In this document: one piece after another, positions 50,195 through 59,853 of the stretch
Layout of the letters: every line of letters starts with the position of its first letter
Numbering within the stretch: position 1 is the first letter of the stretch
From: Pseudomonadota bacterium
GTDB lineage: Bacteria; Pseudomonadota; Alphaproteobacteria; UBA9655
Direction: 5' to 3'
Length of the DNA stretch: 64,000 bases
Assembly: GCA_018242065.1 (NCBI GenBank)
Contig: JAFECQ010000006.1
Coordinates: 121,860 to 185,859, forward strand
Made by a program: the position numbers and the translations under genes
The notes under the pieces: generated by a model
Databases searched by the model: none
Seen by the model: only the letters and a program-made list of their open reading frames with translations
Told to the model about the DNA's origin: nothing

Positions 50195-50752
50195 TTAATC
50201 ATAAATATAGTCCTTCAAAGCTTCCATGACACGTTCTACCGTTGCTTCATGTGCATCATCGTTACTTTCAACAATAAGATCTGCTTTAGCGTAGATAGGA
50301 TAACGTCGTTCAATCATTTCTTCGAGAATTTGTCGTGCGTCTCCATCAAAAAGGAGAGGGCGCGTATCTCTTCGAATAACACGTTCATAAAGGATTTCAG
50401 GATCTGCCCTAAGCCACAAGGAAATTGCATTCTCTTTAATGAGTTCTCGACTTTCAGCTTCTACGAAGGCTCCGTCACCTGTAGAAATAACTTGAACCTG
50501 ACTATTTAAAAGGCGCTTAATTACTCTTCGTTCAGCGTCACGAAAAGCTTTTTCGCCCCATGTTTCAAAAATATCTGCAACAGAACACCCGGCTGCCCGC
50601 TCAACTTCTTGGTCTGAGTCATGAAATGGGACACCGAGTTTTTGTGCAATACGCCACCCAATGCTGCTTTTCCCTGCTCCCATCATTCCAACAAGAACTA
50701 AAGTTTTTGGTAACACAAGGCTTGTCGAATATCGTTTTGATTTTGTTTTCAT
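50195..50752 (-). CDS. aroK: Shikimate kinase
   Basis: P-loop GMMGAGKSS, DSDQEVE, and the lid region. Start uncertain. ATG 50752 (MKTKSKRY...) puts the P-loop at a normal distance and leaves 68 bp to the divergent mlaE. The ORF-track ATG at 50812 leaves only 8 bp. Confidence 0.82.
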   Translation of the reverse strand: MKTKSKRYSTSLVLPKTLVLVGMMGAGKSSIGWRIAQKLGVPFHDSDQEVERAAGCSVADIFETWGEKAFRDAERRVIKRLLNSQVQVISTGDGAFVEAESRELIKENAISLWLRADPEILYERVIRRDTRPLLFDGDARQILEEMIERRYPIYAKADLIVESNDDAHEATVERVMEALKDYIYD

Positions 50753-50820
50753 TCCTTTGTAATCTTTCTTACTTTCCTTTAACATAGCCAATTGTAACGC
50801 AAGAGGAAACATCTTTCATA

Positions 50821-51966
50821 ATGGAAAAAATGACAAGTCATATCCCTAAAATAGATATATTCTCTCAAAAAGAAATGGTTATCTTTAAACCAAATGGTTT
50901 ATGGAATGCAAAAACAGCGAAAGTGGCTGAGCCACTTTGTACAAATATTTTGGCAAAAGCACTGCCAAATCATCTTGTGTTTGACCTTGCCGAATTGCAG
51001 CAGGTAGATACCTCTGGTGTTTGGCTTCTACATCGTACTGTTCAAGAGTTAGAATATAAAGGTCATCAGGTTGAACTTCGTAATCAAAATAGAGTGTTTC
51101 AAACACTTTTATCCCGTCTAGATCCTTATAAACCTGCTTTTGAAAAGATGCATCAACGACGTTCGTTTTTTGAAGAGCGCTTGGTTGAGTTTGGAAAGAC
51201 AAGTGTCGATTTAGTTTTTTTAATAAGAGATCTTATTACTTTCTTGGGGCAAATTACAGTTGGGGTCTTTCTTACATTCTTGCAACCATGTCGACTGCGT
51301 ATCATTTCAACCATATCTCATATTGAGCGGTTTGGCGTAAATGCCCTTCCTATCGTTTCGTTGATGTCTATTTCTCTTGGGTTGGTCTTAGCTTATCAAG
51401 GAGAAGAACAACTTCGTCGTTTTGGAGCTGAAATTTACACCATTAACCTCGTCAGTATCTCAGTTTTAAGAGAGGTCGGCATTCTTATTACCGCAATTTT
51501 AGTTGCGGGAAGAACAGGTAGCGCTATTACAGCTCAAATAGGAATTATGAAAATCAACCAAGAAGTTGATGCTCTTAATACATTGGGATTAAGTCCGATG
51601 GATATTCTGATCATTCCTCGCATTTTAGCTTTGGTCATTGTTATGCCTCTTCTTGCTTTTGTTTCTGATATTGCAGGACTTGTTGGTGGAGGAATCATGG
51701 TTATATTTTCTTTAGATGTCTCTCCTCAGCTTTATATTCATCGTGTTGGCGAGGCTGTGACAATGGGAGGATTTTGGGTGGGTATTTTAAAAGCGCCTCT
51801 CTTTGGAGCTATTATTGGTGTTGTTAGTTGTTTTGAAGGAATGCGTGTTACAGGAACAGCAGAAAGTGTTGGTGCGAGTACGACGCGTTCTGTAGTTGAA
51901 GGAATATTTTTAGTTACTCTTGCAGATGCACTTTTGTCGATCTTCTTTTCACAAATAGGCATTTAA
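50821..51966 (+). CDS. mlaE: MlaE-type lipid ABC transporter permease with an N-terminal STAS (MlaB-like) domain
   Basis: 381 aa. Residues ~15-110 look like a STAS domain (LVFDLAELQQVDTSGVWLLHRTVQELEYKGHQVEL). The C-terminal ~260 aa are the MlaE permease (LREVGILITAILVAGRTGSAITAQIGIMKINQEVDAL). Confidence 0.85.
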   Translation: MEKMTSHIPKIDIFSQKEMVIFKPNGLWNAKTAKVAEPLCTNILAKALPNHLVFDLAELQQVDTSGVWLLHRTVQELEYKGHQVELRNQNRVFQTLLSRLDPYKPAFEKMHQRRSFFEERLVEFGKTSVDLVFLIRDLITFLGQITVGVFLTFLQPCRLRIISTISHIERFGVNALPIVSLMSISLGLVLAYQGEEQLRRFGAEIYTINLVSISVLREVGILITAILVAGRTGSAITAQIGIMKINQEVDALNTLGLSPMDILIIPRILALVIVMPLLAFVSDIAGLVGGGIMVIFSLDVSPQLYIHRVGEAVTMGGFWVGILKAPLFGAIIGVVSCFEGMRVTGTAESVGASTTRSVVEGIFLVTLADALLSIFFSQIGI

Positions 51967-52737
51967 ATGAATAAAGTTCCTATCATTTCCATTCGTGGCC
52001 TGGTTACTCAGTTTGGAAAACAAGTTATTCACGATCACCTTGAGTTAGATATCTTACAAGGTGAAATTTTTGGTATTGTTGGAGGGTCTGGTGCAGGTAA
52101 ATCTGTTTTAATGGGTGCTATTTTGGGGTTAGTTCCGATTAAAAAAGGGAAAATAACTGTTTTGGGAATGCACGCAGGATCACTTGAAAATATTACCCGA
52201 CAACATCTTCAATCGCATTGGGGGGTTTTATTTCAAGGAGGAGCCCTTTTTAGCTCGCTGACGGTTGGAGAAAATATCCAAGTGCCAATGAAAGATATGG
52301 AACATATGCCTGAAGAGCTTGCTCGTGAAATGGCTTTTATTAAATTGAAAATGGTTGGGCTTCAGGAAAGTGATTTTTTTAAGTACCCCTCTGAACTTTC
52401 TGGTGGAATGATAAAAAGAGCAGCCCTTGCGCGGGCGCTCGCGGTAGATCCTGAAATCCTTTTTTTGGATGAGCCTACAGCTGGTCTTGATCCAATTTCT
52501 GCTGCAGCTTTTGATGACCTTATTTTAACATTAAGGGATACCTTAAATCTGACAGTAGTGATGGTAACGCATGATTTGGATAGTATAAAACGTCTTTGTG
52601 ATCGTGTTGCAGTATTAGTTGACAAACATGCGATTGTAGGGACACTAAAATCTTTATTAAATAATGATCACGCTTGGATCCGTGAATATTTTCATGGAAT
52701 CAGAGGAAGAGTCGCTCTAGCGGAGTTAATGGAGTAA
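51967..52737 (+). CDS. mlaF: MlaF-type ABC transporter ATP-binding protein
   Basis: Walker A GGSGAGKS, signature LSGGMIKRAALARAL, Walker B LFLDEPTAGLDP. It abuts the mlaE stop. Confidence 0.88.
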   Translation: MNKVPIISIRGLVTQFGKQVIHDHLELDILQGEIFGIVGGSGAGKSVLMGAILGLVPIKKGKITVLGMHAGSLENITRQHLQSHWGVLFQGGALFSSLTVGENIQVPMKDMEHMPEELAREMAFIKLKMVGLQESDFFKYPSELSGGMIKRAALARALAVDPEILFLDEPTAGLDPISAAAFDDLILTLRDTLNLTVVMVTHDLDSIKRLCDRVAVLVDKHAIVGTLKSLLNNDHAWIREYFHGIRGRVALAELME

Positions 52738-52739
52738 AC

Positions 52740-53636
52740 ATGGAGACACGGGCTGGATATATGATTGTAGGCACTTTTGTCCTACTGACGATAGCTGGTA
52801 TTTTGGCCTTTTTCTTATGGCTCGCAAAAACTGACTTTGATTATAAGACAAATCTTTATACGATCTATTTCCCTGGCTCTGTGACGGGCCTTACCATTGG
52901 GGGGCCAGTTAATTTCCTTGGTGTTCCTGTTGGAACTGTGAAAAAAATTGAGCTTGATGTGCGGAACTTAGAATGTGTGAGTATTTTAGTTGGGATTAAA
53001 GATGGTATTCCTATTCGTGAAGATGCCTATGCATCCTTGGAGCTTCAGGGGCTTACAGGTTATAAGTTTGTTCAAATTTCTGGTGGAAGTGAAGATAGCC
53101 CCCTTTTACGTGCAAAACCAGGGCAGCCATATCCAGTCATTCCTTCTCGCTACTCAGGTGTTGAAGAAATTATGACGACTTTACCTCGAATGGTAAATAA
53201 GTTTACAAATTTGATCGATCGTATTAATTCAACTTTTAATGAAGAAAATAGAAATCGATTTTCAGATACTTTAAAAAATATTAGTGCCTTGTCTAAGGAG
53301 TTAGCAGATAGCGGTCCTCTCTTTAGGCAATTACTTGAAGATACCAGAAAAGCGATGAGAACTTTGGACGTTGAAATTGCAAGTTTGAGTCATTCAACTG
53401 GGAAAGCCGTCGTAAAGATAGACGCAGCTGCGAGTGATGTATCTCATTTTTTAAAAGAAAATCGTAAAGCGATTGATACGTTGACCCAAACTGGTTCTTA
53501 TGAGATTCTACAGACCTTGAGCGAAACACGGGAAATGGTTACAAGAGCAACTCAACTTTTCGAAAAGCTTGATGAGAACCCAAGAAGTCTGATATTTGAT
53601 TCTCAGAGGAAGGGCATTTCTATTCCGCAACAATAA
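52740..53636 (+). CDS. mlaD: MlaD-type MCE-domain protein
   Basis: 298 aa with an N-terminal TM anchor, an MCE domain (YTIYFPGSVTGLTIGGPVNFLGVPVGTVKKIEL), and a long helical C-terminal extension. Confidence 0.85.
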   Translation: METRAGYMIVGTFVLLTIAGILAFFLWLAKTDFDYKTNLYTIYFPGSVTGLTIGGPVNFLGVPVGTVKKIELDVRNLECVSILVGIKDGIPIREDAYASLELQGLTGYKFVQISGGSEDSPLLRAKPGQPYPVIPSRYSGVEEIMTTLPRMVNKFTNLIDRINSTFNEENRNRFSDTLKNISALSKELADSGPLFRQLLEDTRKAMRTLDVEIASLSHSTGKAVVKIDAAASDVSHFLKENRKAIDTLTQTGSYEILQTLSETREMVTRATQLFEKLDENPRSLIFDSQRKGISIPQQ

Positions 53637-53652
53637 TAAAGGAGATAAACTC

Positions 53653-54279
53653 ATGCGGTTTCTTTTTGTTATCTTAAGTTTGTTACTAAGCCAAAATGCA
53701 ATGGCTCAAAAAAATTGTCCACAATTGCAGAAAATGCCATGCCAAAAGAAAACATCATGGTGGAAACAAGGCTGGGCTGTAACACTTTTTAGTGGTCCTT
53801 TGACATCACAAACATCAAGTAGAATATTTAGTGATGCTAACTTTGAGGGGTCAGGAATTGTGGGGCTTGCGGCTTCAAAGGAGCTTGTGAGTTTTTATGA
53901 AAAACGATTGGGGCTTGAACTTGAAGGGCAAGCGGTGCAGCACTTTGGTAATCAAAAGCATTTTGAAATTAATCCAGCTGTTCTTATTTTGCGTTGGAAA
54001 TCGTTTCCTTGGGACAATTCCCTTCCAACAACTTTAGCAATTGGGGATGGAATTAGTATTGCAACAAAGAAACCTCACCTTGAAGTTAAAAGAAGAGGAC
54101 ATAAAAAATCAGCAAAAACATTGAATTATGTTATGGCGGAATTGACCTTATCTCCAGCGTGTTACCCTCAGTGGGCATTTGTCCTACGTTACCATCATCG
54201 TTCCGGTATGTTTGGTACTTTCCACGGTGTTGAGGATGCGTCCACTGCTTTTGCAGCAGGAGTGAAGTATTGGTTTTAA
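53653..54279 (+). CDS. Outer-membrane beta-barrel protein, possibly a PagL/acyloxyacyl-hydrolase-like lipid A deacylase
   Basis: ATG at 53653 is preceded by AAGGAG. Signal peptide MRFLFVILSLLLSQNAMA. Beta-strand pattern is alternating, with a C-terminal aromatic end (KYWF). The His-x-Ser context near the C-terminus (YHHRSGMFG) resembles the PagL catalytic HxS. The enzyme assignment is tentative. Confidence 0.55.
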   Translation: MRFLFVILSLLLSQNAMAQKNCPQLQKMPCQKKTSWWKQGWAVTLFSGPLTSQTSSRIFSDANFEGSGIVGLAASKELVSFYEKRLGLELEGQAVQHFGNQKHFEINPAVLILRWKSFPWDNSLPTTLAIGDGISIATKKPHLEVKRRGHKKSAKTLNYVMAELTLSPACYPQWAFVLRYHHRSGMFGTFHGVEDASTAFAAGVKYWF

Positions 54280-54353
54280 GGATGCAAGGGCACCATTGCC
54301 GATTTGTAAACAAGCGGTGTCCTAAGTCTTTACCGTACCCAAACGTGCCACAG

Positions 54354-55040
54354 TTAAATCTGCATTAAACGGGGACCATTTAATTTAAGCCACTTGCGGT
54401 GGCTCTGATAGGCTGGGCAAAGTTCGGCGACTACTTCCCAAAAGGATTTGCTATGGTTCATATGCAAAAGATGAACTACTTCATGAATACACACATATTG
54501 TGCTACTTCTGGGGGAGCTAAGATCAATCTCCAGCTTAATGAAATTGCTTTTTGTCCTGAACAACTGCCCCATCTCGATTTTGTATCTTTCAGTGTTATT
54601 TTTTTAGCGGAGAGGCCTATCTGATGGGCGGCATGCTCTACATATGGAATAAGATAATCAGCAGCAATTTTTTTAAAAACATCATAAAGATCTTTTTGCT
54701 TATATTTGGAAGGTAAACGGAGAGTGTTGGTTACGTGACATAAAACAGGTTTTTTCCGTAAAGGATCTGTGATGCATTCAACTGTCGTTCCATGAAGAAT
54801 GAGTTCTTGCCCTTCTAAAATGGGTTGTGTGTGTGATACTTTTTCTAGTTGTTTCTCAATCCAGGGTTCGCAACGTTTTAGGAAATTTTGGATTTGAGAA
54901 CTGCTTGTCCGTGGTGGAAAAGTGAGAATCAAAGCCGATTCTTTAAGAGAAAATCGTAAAGAGAGTCTTCTTGCTCTTGCGTTTGATTTATATTTTAAGG
55001 GAACGTCATTATCCCCAAAAGAGAAATTTATGAATGTCAT
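54354..55040 (-). CDS. YgjP-like metal-dependent hydrolase (DUF45 / M48-like)
   Basis: 228 aa with the zinc motif HEVVHLLHMNH near the C-terminus and the typical RRLSLRF segment near the N-terminus. Confidence 0.75.
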   Translation of the reverse strand: MTFINFSFGDNDVPLKYKSNARARRLSLRFSLKESALILTFPPRTSSSQIQNFLKRCEPWIEKQLEKVSHTQPILEGQELILHGTTVECITDPLRKKPVLCHVTNTLRLPSKYKQKDLYDVFKKIAADYLIPYVEHAAHQIGLSAKKITLKDTKSRWGSCSGQKAISLSWRLILAPPEVAQYVCIHEVVHLLHMNHSKSFWEVVAELCPAYQSHRKWLKLNGPRLMQI

Positions 55041-55061
55041 GTAAGGTGTATAGAGGTTCCT

Positions 55062-57131
55062 TTACCCTGACGTCAACAAACGGATACCTTTTTCTTGTCC
55101 AAAAAGATAAAGAAGAAGACGCGCTGCTTGACCTTGAGGAGAGTGAAGATGGGGGTCGTCTTTCAACAAAGTCTGTGCAGCTTCATAAGCTTTTTCCAAA
55201 AGAGGACCACAGGTTAAAGGATCTGCAAGTTTATAAGATGGTAAACCACTTTGCTTTGTTCCAAGTACATCTCCACCTCCACGCAAAATCAGGTCTTCCT
55301 TGGCAATCCGAAAGCCATCTTCTGTTTCACGCAAAACCTGGAGACGTCGTTTCCCAATATCAGAAATTGGGAAACCATAGAGTAAAAGACAATGAGATTC
55401 TTGATCGCTACGTCCTACCCGTCCTCTTAACTGATGCAATTGAGCAAGACCAAACCTTTCTGCATGCTCAATGACCATGATATTTGCGCTTTTGACGTCT
55501 ATACCGACTTCAATTACCGTGGTTGCAACCAGGATTTGACAGGGTCCGTCCTTAAAAGCTGCCATAGCTAGATCTTTTTCTTCTCCTTTTTGGCGTCCAT
55601 GAATAAGTCCAACTTTCTTCTCCCCAAAAAGTATCTTAAGATGATCATATCGATCTTTTGCTGCGGCAAGGTCAAGTGTTTCTGATTCTTCGACCAATGG
55701 ACAGACCCAGTAAATTTTATGACCTTGTTCTATAAGTCGCGTAAGACCTTCATATACTTCCTCTAAACGATTTAAACCTAAAACACGTGTTTGAATGGAC
55801 TGACGTCCTTGAGGTTTATCGGGGATAAGAGAGACATTTAAGTCACCATAAGTTGTTAACTGTAACGTTCTAGGAATAGGTGTTGCTGTCATCACTAATA
55901 CGTCAACGTCGTTTCCTTTCGCGGTTAAGGAGGCACGTTGTTCTACCCCAAAACGATGTTGTTCATCGATGACCACAAGTCCTAGATTTGAAAACTGAAC
56001 AGTTTCTTGGAGCAGGGCATGGGTACCTATGATAAGTTGGATCTTACCGTTGGCGAGTTCTTCATAAACGGCTTTTTTGTTTTTTAATCGGCTCGTGAGG
56101 AGCGCAACACAAATCCCGACTTTTTCTCCCAGAGATTTTAAGGTTTGAATATGTTGACTGGCTAAGATTTCCGTTGGTACAAGGAGGGCCGCTTGATAGC
56201 CGGCTTCAATTGCATGAGCAATGGCTAAGAATGCAACTAAAGTTTTTCCTGATCCCACGTCACCTTGAAGAAGTCGGACCATACGCGTTGGGGCCGCTAA
56301 ATCCTTTTCGATTTCTGCTAAGGCTCGTTTTTGACCCGGTGTTAAAGAGTAACCAAATTCTTTAAGTATTTTTTCTTTTAGAAGTCCTGTGGAAGAAATA
56401 GATTTTCCCTTTGGTTGGGATCTTCTAACAAGACTCAAAGCGAGTTGATCCGCAAAAAGTTCGTCAAAAGCAAGACGTTGACGAACCGGATGAGTGGGAA
56501 GAAGATCGGGCTCTTGTTGAGGCGAGTGAGCTTTCTCAAGTGCTTGTCGCCAAGACGGCCAATCTTCTTTATAGGCAAGAGGGATCCACTCTGGCAGTTC
56601 TGGTATTCGTTTGAGTGCCGTTTGTATCATCTTTTGAGCCTGACTTTGAAAGAAACCAGCTGTTAATGGGTATAATGGGCTTTTTTCTTGCCAATAAGCA
56701 GCAACTTCAGCCGGCACAATTCGTTCAGGATGAGCCATTTGCCACATTCCTAAAAACCGATCTAGAGTTCCGCATATCAAGCGTTTTTCTCCAACAGGCA
56801 GGCGTGTTTCAATGGTTTTAGGATAAGCTTTAAAAAAAGTGAGGTCGATCAAATCTTGACCAGCTTGACATACAACCTTATAGGGCTTCTGATGACCTTT
56901 AAAAGGAACTTCGTGCTCGAGAATAGAAACGACCAAAGCAATCGGTTGTCCAGGTTGGCATCCCATTAGGGAAGATTTGAGAGGGAAATGAGCTACGCCT
57001 ACAGGTAAGTGCCACATTAAGTCTAAGACCCGTGTTAAATTTAAGCGACGAAGGATTTTTGTGAGGCTAGGGCCGACACCTTTTAAATTTTCAAGAGGCG
57101 CAAAGAGGGGATAGAGTATTTCAGGACGCAT
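55062..57131 (-). CDS. recG: ATP-dependent DNA helicase RecG
   Basis: 689 aa with a wedge domain N-terminus and helicase motifs I (GDVGSGKT), II (VIDEQHRFG) and VI (QLRGRVGRS). Confidence 0.94.
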   Translation of the reverse strand: MRPEILYPLFAPLENLKGVGPSLTKILRRLNLTRVLDLMWHLPVGVAHFPLKSSLMGCQPGQPIALVVSILEHEVPFKGHQKPYKVVCQAGQDLIDLTFFKAYPKTIETRLPVGEKRLICGTLDRFLGMWQMAHPERIVPAEVAAYWQEKSPLYPLTAGFFQSQAQKMIQTALKRIPELPEWIPLAYKEDWPSWRQALEKAHSPQQEPDLLPTHPVRQRLAFDELFADQLALSLVRRSQPKGKSISSTGLLKEKILKEFGYSLTPGQKRALAEIEKDLAAPTRMVRLLQGDVGSGKTLVAFLAIAHAIEAGYQAALLVPTEILASQHIQTLKSLGEKVGICVALLTSRLKNKKAVYEELANGKIQLIIGTHALLQETVQFSNLGLVVIDEQHRFGVEQRASLTAKGNDVDVLVMTATPIPRTLQLTTYGDLNVSLIPDKPQGRQSIQTRVLGLNRLEEVYEGLTRLIEQGHKIYWVCPLVEESETLDLAAAKDRYDHLKILFGEKKVGLIHGRQKGEEKDLAMAAFKDGPCQILVATTVIEVGIDVKSANIMVIEHAERFGLAQLHQLRGRVGRSDQESHCLLLYGFPISDIGKRRLQVLRETEDGFRIAKEDLILRGGGDVLGTKQSGLPSYKLADPLTCGPLLEKAYEAAQTLLKDDPHLHSPQGQAARLLLYLFGQEKGIRLLTSG

Positions 57132-57138
57132 CTTGTTT

Positions 57139-58917
57139 TTAACCTGTTTTCCTTAGATGAGAAACAGAAAAAGCTGCATCTTCTATGCTTAAACTTATTT
57201 TGTTTTTTCCTCCCCATGAATCGAGTTTCGGAGAAGCCACAAGATCGAGGGGGCGTTGGCTGCGATCCATCAGAATGTTTCCAAGAGCGGTATCTTTTAA
57301 TCGAAAACCTATACCCTCAAGAGAAACACCATCTCCTTGGGAAAAACGACATCGAAGATGGGCATCTTTTATAAGAGTATAAGATTCGACCATAACATCT
57401 GAAAAAATAAATTTTGGGGTTGGATTGCCCATTCCAAAGGGAGAAATTCTTTCAATTTCCTCCATAAGAGCAGGGGTTAAGGATCGAAGGTCGAGATACC
57501 CATCACATAAGGTCATGGGTCTAAAATCGACTTCTTTTTCGAGGATCATCATTTCTGCTATTAAGAAATCGGTGAGAACAGGTAATTGGTCTTTTGTAAG
57601 GGAAAATCCTGCAGCCATGGCGTGCCCACCCCCTCCTAACACATAACCTAAGTGATGCGCTTTATGAATAAAACGACCGAAATCAAAACCAGGAATAGAT
57701 CGCGCAGAAGCTTTCCCGATACCGTTCTCATTCCAAGTGATAACAGCAGTGGGTTTATGGAATTTTTCTTTAAGGCGTCCAGCAACAATTCCAATGATGC
57801 CTTCATGCCACCCCTCTCTGTGAGCTATAATGATGGGTGAATTTGGATCAGCTTGCAATAATGCTTGATCTATAGCTCCTTCTTCAAGGATACGGCGCTC
57901 TTGATTGTAGATATCTAATCTTTTGGCAATCTCAAAAGCTTCTTCGGGATTATCAGTAGAAAGCAGACGTGCTCCTAAGAAAGACTCACCCACTCGCCCT
58001 CCAGCGTTAATGCGAGGGCCTAGCACGAAGCCTAAGTGATAGGGAGTTGGAAAGGATTCAAGACCTCCAAGATCAGCAAGGGTCCTTAGACCTATATTTT
58101 TCCTTTTTGCCATGACTTTAAGACCTTGAGCGACGAAGGTTCTATTAAGTCCTGTTAAGGGCATCACATCACAGACCGTACCAAGAGCAACCAAATCAAG
58201 AAGATTCATCAGTTGAGGTTCTCCTATACTTTGATAAAATCCAGCTTCTCTTAAAGCGCGATTAACTGCAATGACACATAAAAATGAAATTCCAACAGCG
58301 GCAAGGTGGCCAAGCGTTTGAGTAACTTCGATTGATTCATCTAAACGATTCGGGTTTACTAAAGCATATGCCGAAGGAAGTTTTGGCTCTGAGGCATGAT
58401 GATCTAGAACAATTACATCTAAACTTTGTGCTGCTTCTATGGCTTCAAAAGAGGTCGTCCCACAATCAACCGTGATCATGACCGTATATCCTTGTTGGAT
58501 AAATTTCTGGATGCCTGGAATATTAGGACCATATCCTTCTTTGATGCGATCCGGAATATAAAGGGCTATCGGGATATTGAGGGATTTAAAGAATCGATGA
58601 AGTAATGCAGTTGAAGTTGCGCCGTCCACATCATAATCTCCCCAAATTAAGATTTTCTCCCCCAGTTGAATTGCCTGAACAAGCCTTTTGACGGCTTTCT
58701 CCATGTCTTTTAAAATGAAAGGATCAGGCAGGCTTTCACGAAGAGAGGGTTCAAGAAAAAGAGGAGCCGAATCAAGATCTTGTTCGCGCATAACCAAAAG
58801 GCGAGCAAGGGTAGGAGATACTCCAAATTTTTGCATAAAAGTAATGGCCTGACTTTCTTCACAAGCCCTTAAAAGCCAACGTCTGTGAGAGAGAGATTGG
58901 GAACAGATTTCTTTCAT
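57139..58917 (-). CDS. recJ: Single-stranded-DNA-specific exonuclease RecJ
   Basis: 592 aa with DHH family motifs DYDVDGATS, VLDHHAS and GGGHAMAAG. Confidence 0.94.
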   Translation of the reverse strand: MKEICSQSLSHRRWLLRACEESQAITFMQKFGVSPTLARLLVMREQDLDSAPLFLEPSLRESLPDPFILKDMEKAVKRLVQAIQLGEKILIWGDYDVDGATSTALLHRFFKSLNIPIALYIPDRIKEGYGPNIPGIQKFIQQGYTVMITVDCGTTSFEAIEAAQSLDVIVLDHHASEPKLPSAYALVNPNRLDESIEVTQTLGHLAAVGISFLCVIAVNRALREAGFYQSIGEPQLMNLLDLVALGTVCDVMPLTGLNRTFVAQGLKVMAKRKNIGLRTLADLGGLESFPTPYHLGFVLGPRINAGGRVGESFLGARLLSTDNPEEAFEIAKRLDIYNQERRILEEGAIDQALLQADPNSPIIIAHREGWHEGIIGIVAGRLKEKFHKPTAVITWNENGIGKASARSIPGFDFGRFIHKAHHLGYVLGGGGHAMAAGFSLTKDQLPVLTDFLIAEMMILEKEVDFRPMTLCDGYLDLRSLTPALMEEIERISPFGMGNPTPKFIFSDVMVESYTLIKDAHLRCRFSQGDGVSLEGIGFRLKDTALGNILMDRSQRPLDLVASPKLDSWGGKNKISLSIEDAAFSVSHLRKTG

Positions 58918-59037
58918 AAGGAAAGACTAACGCGTCTGCTTGAAAAGTCCATATGAAAACGAAAATTAAAAAACCATCCTATATCAGTTGTGTGTTTTGG
59001 CAGTTTTCTAAGTTCGCAACCTTAATAAAAATACATT

Positions 59038-59853
59038 TCAAATGATATTTTCCAATGAGTCTTTCTCTAGGAGATTCCGTAGTCCCTCCTTATAGGAAGG
59101 AAAGAGAAGAGAAGGGATAAGTTCATCTAAAAGTCGCTTGTTGTTCACGCGTTTTGAATCTTGATAGAAACTATGGCCCAGAGGGCTAAGAATTGCTTCT
59201 TCGTAAGGAATGAGGGGAGGCGGTTCTACCCCAAGTAACTCTGCCCCATAGGCAAGTACCTCGTGGGCCGGAGCTGGCAAATTATCTGCTATATTGTAAA
59301 TGCGACCAGGGTTAGGATTATTCATGGAAGCTTTGAGGGCCTGCACTATATCCGCGACATGAATGCGTGAGAACACGGTACCTTTTTTAAAGATTCGCTG
59401 TGCTCTCCCCGCTTTGAGATCGTGAAGAATATTACGTCCTGGACCGTAAATACCTGCAAGGCGGAAGATGTGAATAGGAAGATCCAGCTCTAACCACTGC
59501 TTTTCTGCTTTTAACCGAGATGTACCTTGCCGTGATGTGGGGTGGGTTAGTGCGTTTTCATCTACCCAAGCCCCATGATGGTTTCCATAAACACTTGTTG
59601 AGGATAAATACCCAATCCATTTTAGATGAGAAAAAGAAGAGAACGCATCTTTTATGAAAGGGATAAGAAGATCTCCATCTTCCTGCGGTGGGATAGAAAT
59701 AAGGGCAAAGTTGGCTCTTTCAACTGCTTCACAAATATCCTTAGATAAGGAACCTCCTTTATATAAAAACTTACCCTTTCCTTGAGAGGATCGAGAAGTT
59801 CCCCTGTCACCGATAAATTGAGCTACGTATCCATAGCCAAAGCAAAAAAGCAC
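59038..59853 (-). CDS. NAD(P)-dependent epimerase/dehydratase-family (SDR) protein
   Basis: 271 aa. The GTG start at 59853 directly follows the upstream stop. Features include a degenerate Rossmann N-terminus (LFCFGYGYVAQ), SSTSVYG, and RLAGIYGPGR. Confidence 0.65.
   Translation of the reverse strand: MLFCFGYGYVAQFIGDRGTSRSSQGKGKFLYKGGSLSKDICEAVERANFALISIPPQEDGDLLIPFIKDAFSSFSHLKWIGYLSSTSVYGNHHGAWVDENALTHPTSRQGTSRLKAEKQWLELDLPIHIFRLAGIYGPGRNILHDLKAGRAQRIFKKGTVFSRIHVADIVQALKASMNNPNPGRIYNIADNLPAPAHEVLAYGAELLGVEPPPLIPYEEAILSPLGHSFYQDSKRVNNKRLLDELIPSLLFPSYKEGLRNLLEKDSLENII

Noticed and set aside
50753-50812. Longer AroK N-terminus from ATG 50812.
   Set aside because: It would put the P-loop at residue ~44 and leave only 8 bp to the divergent mlaE. 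ATG 50752 is preferred but not proven.
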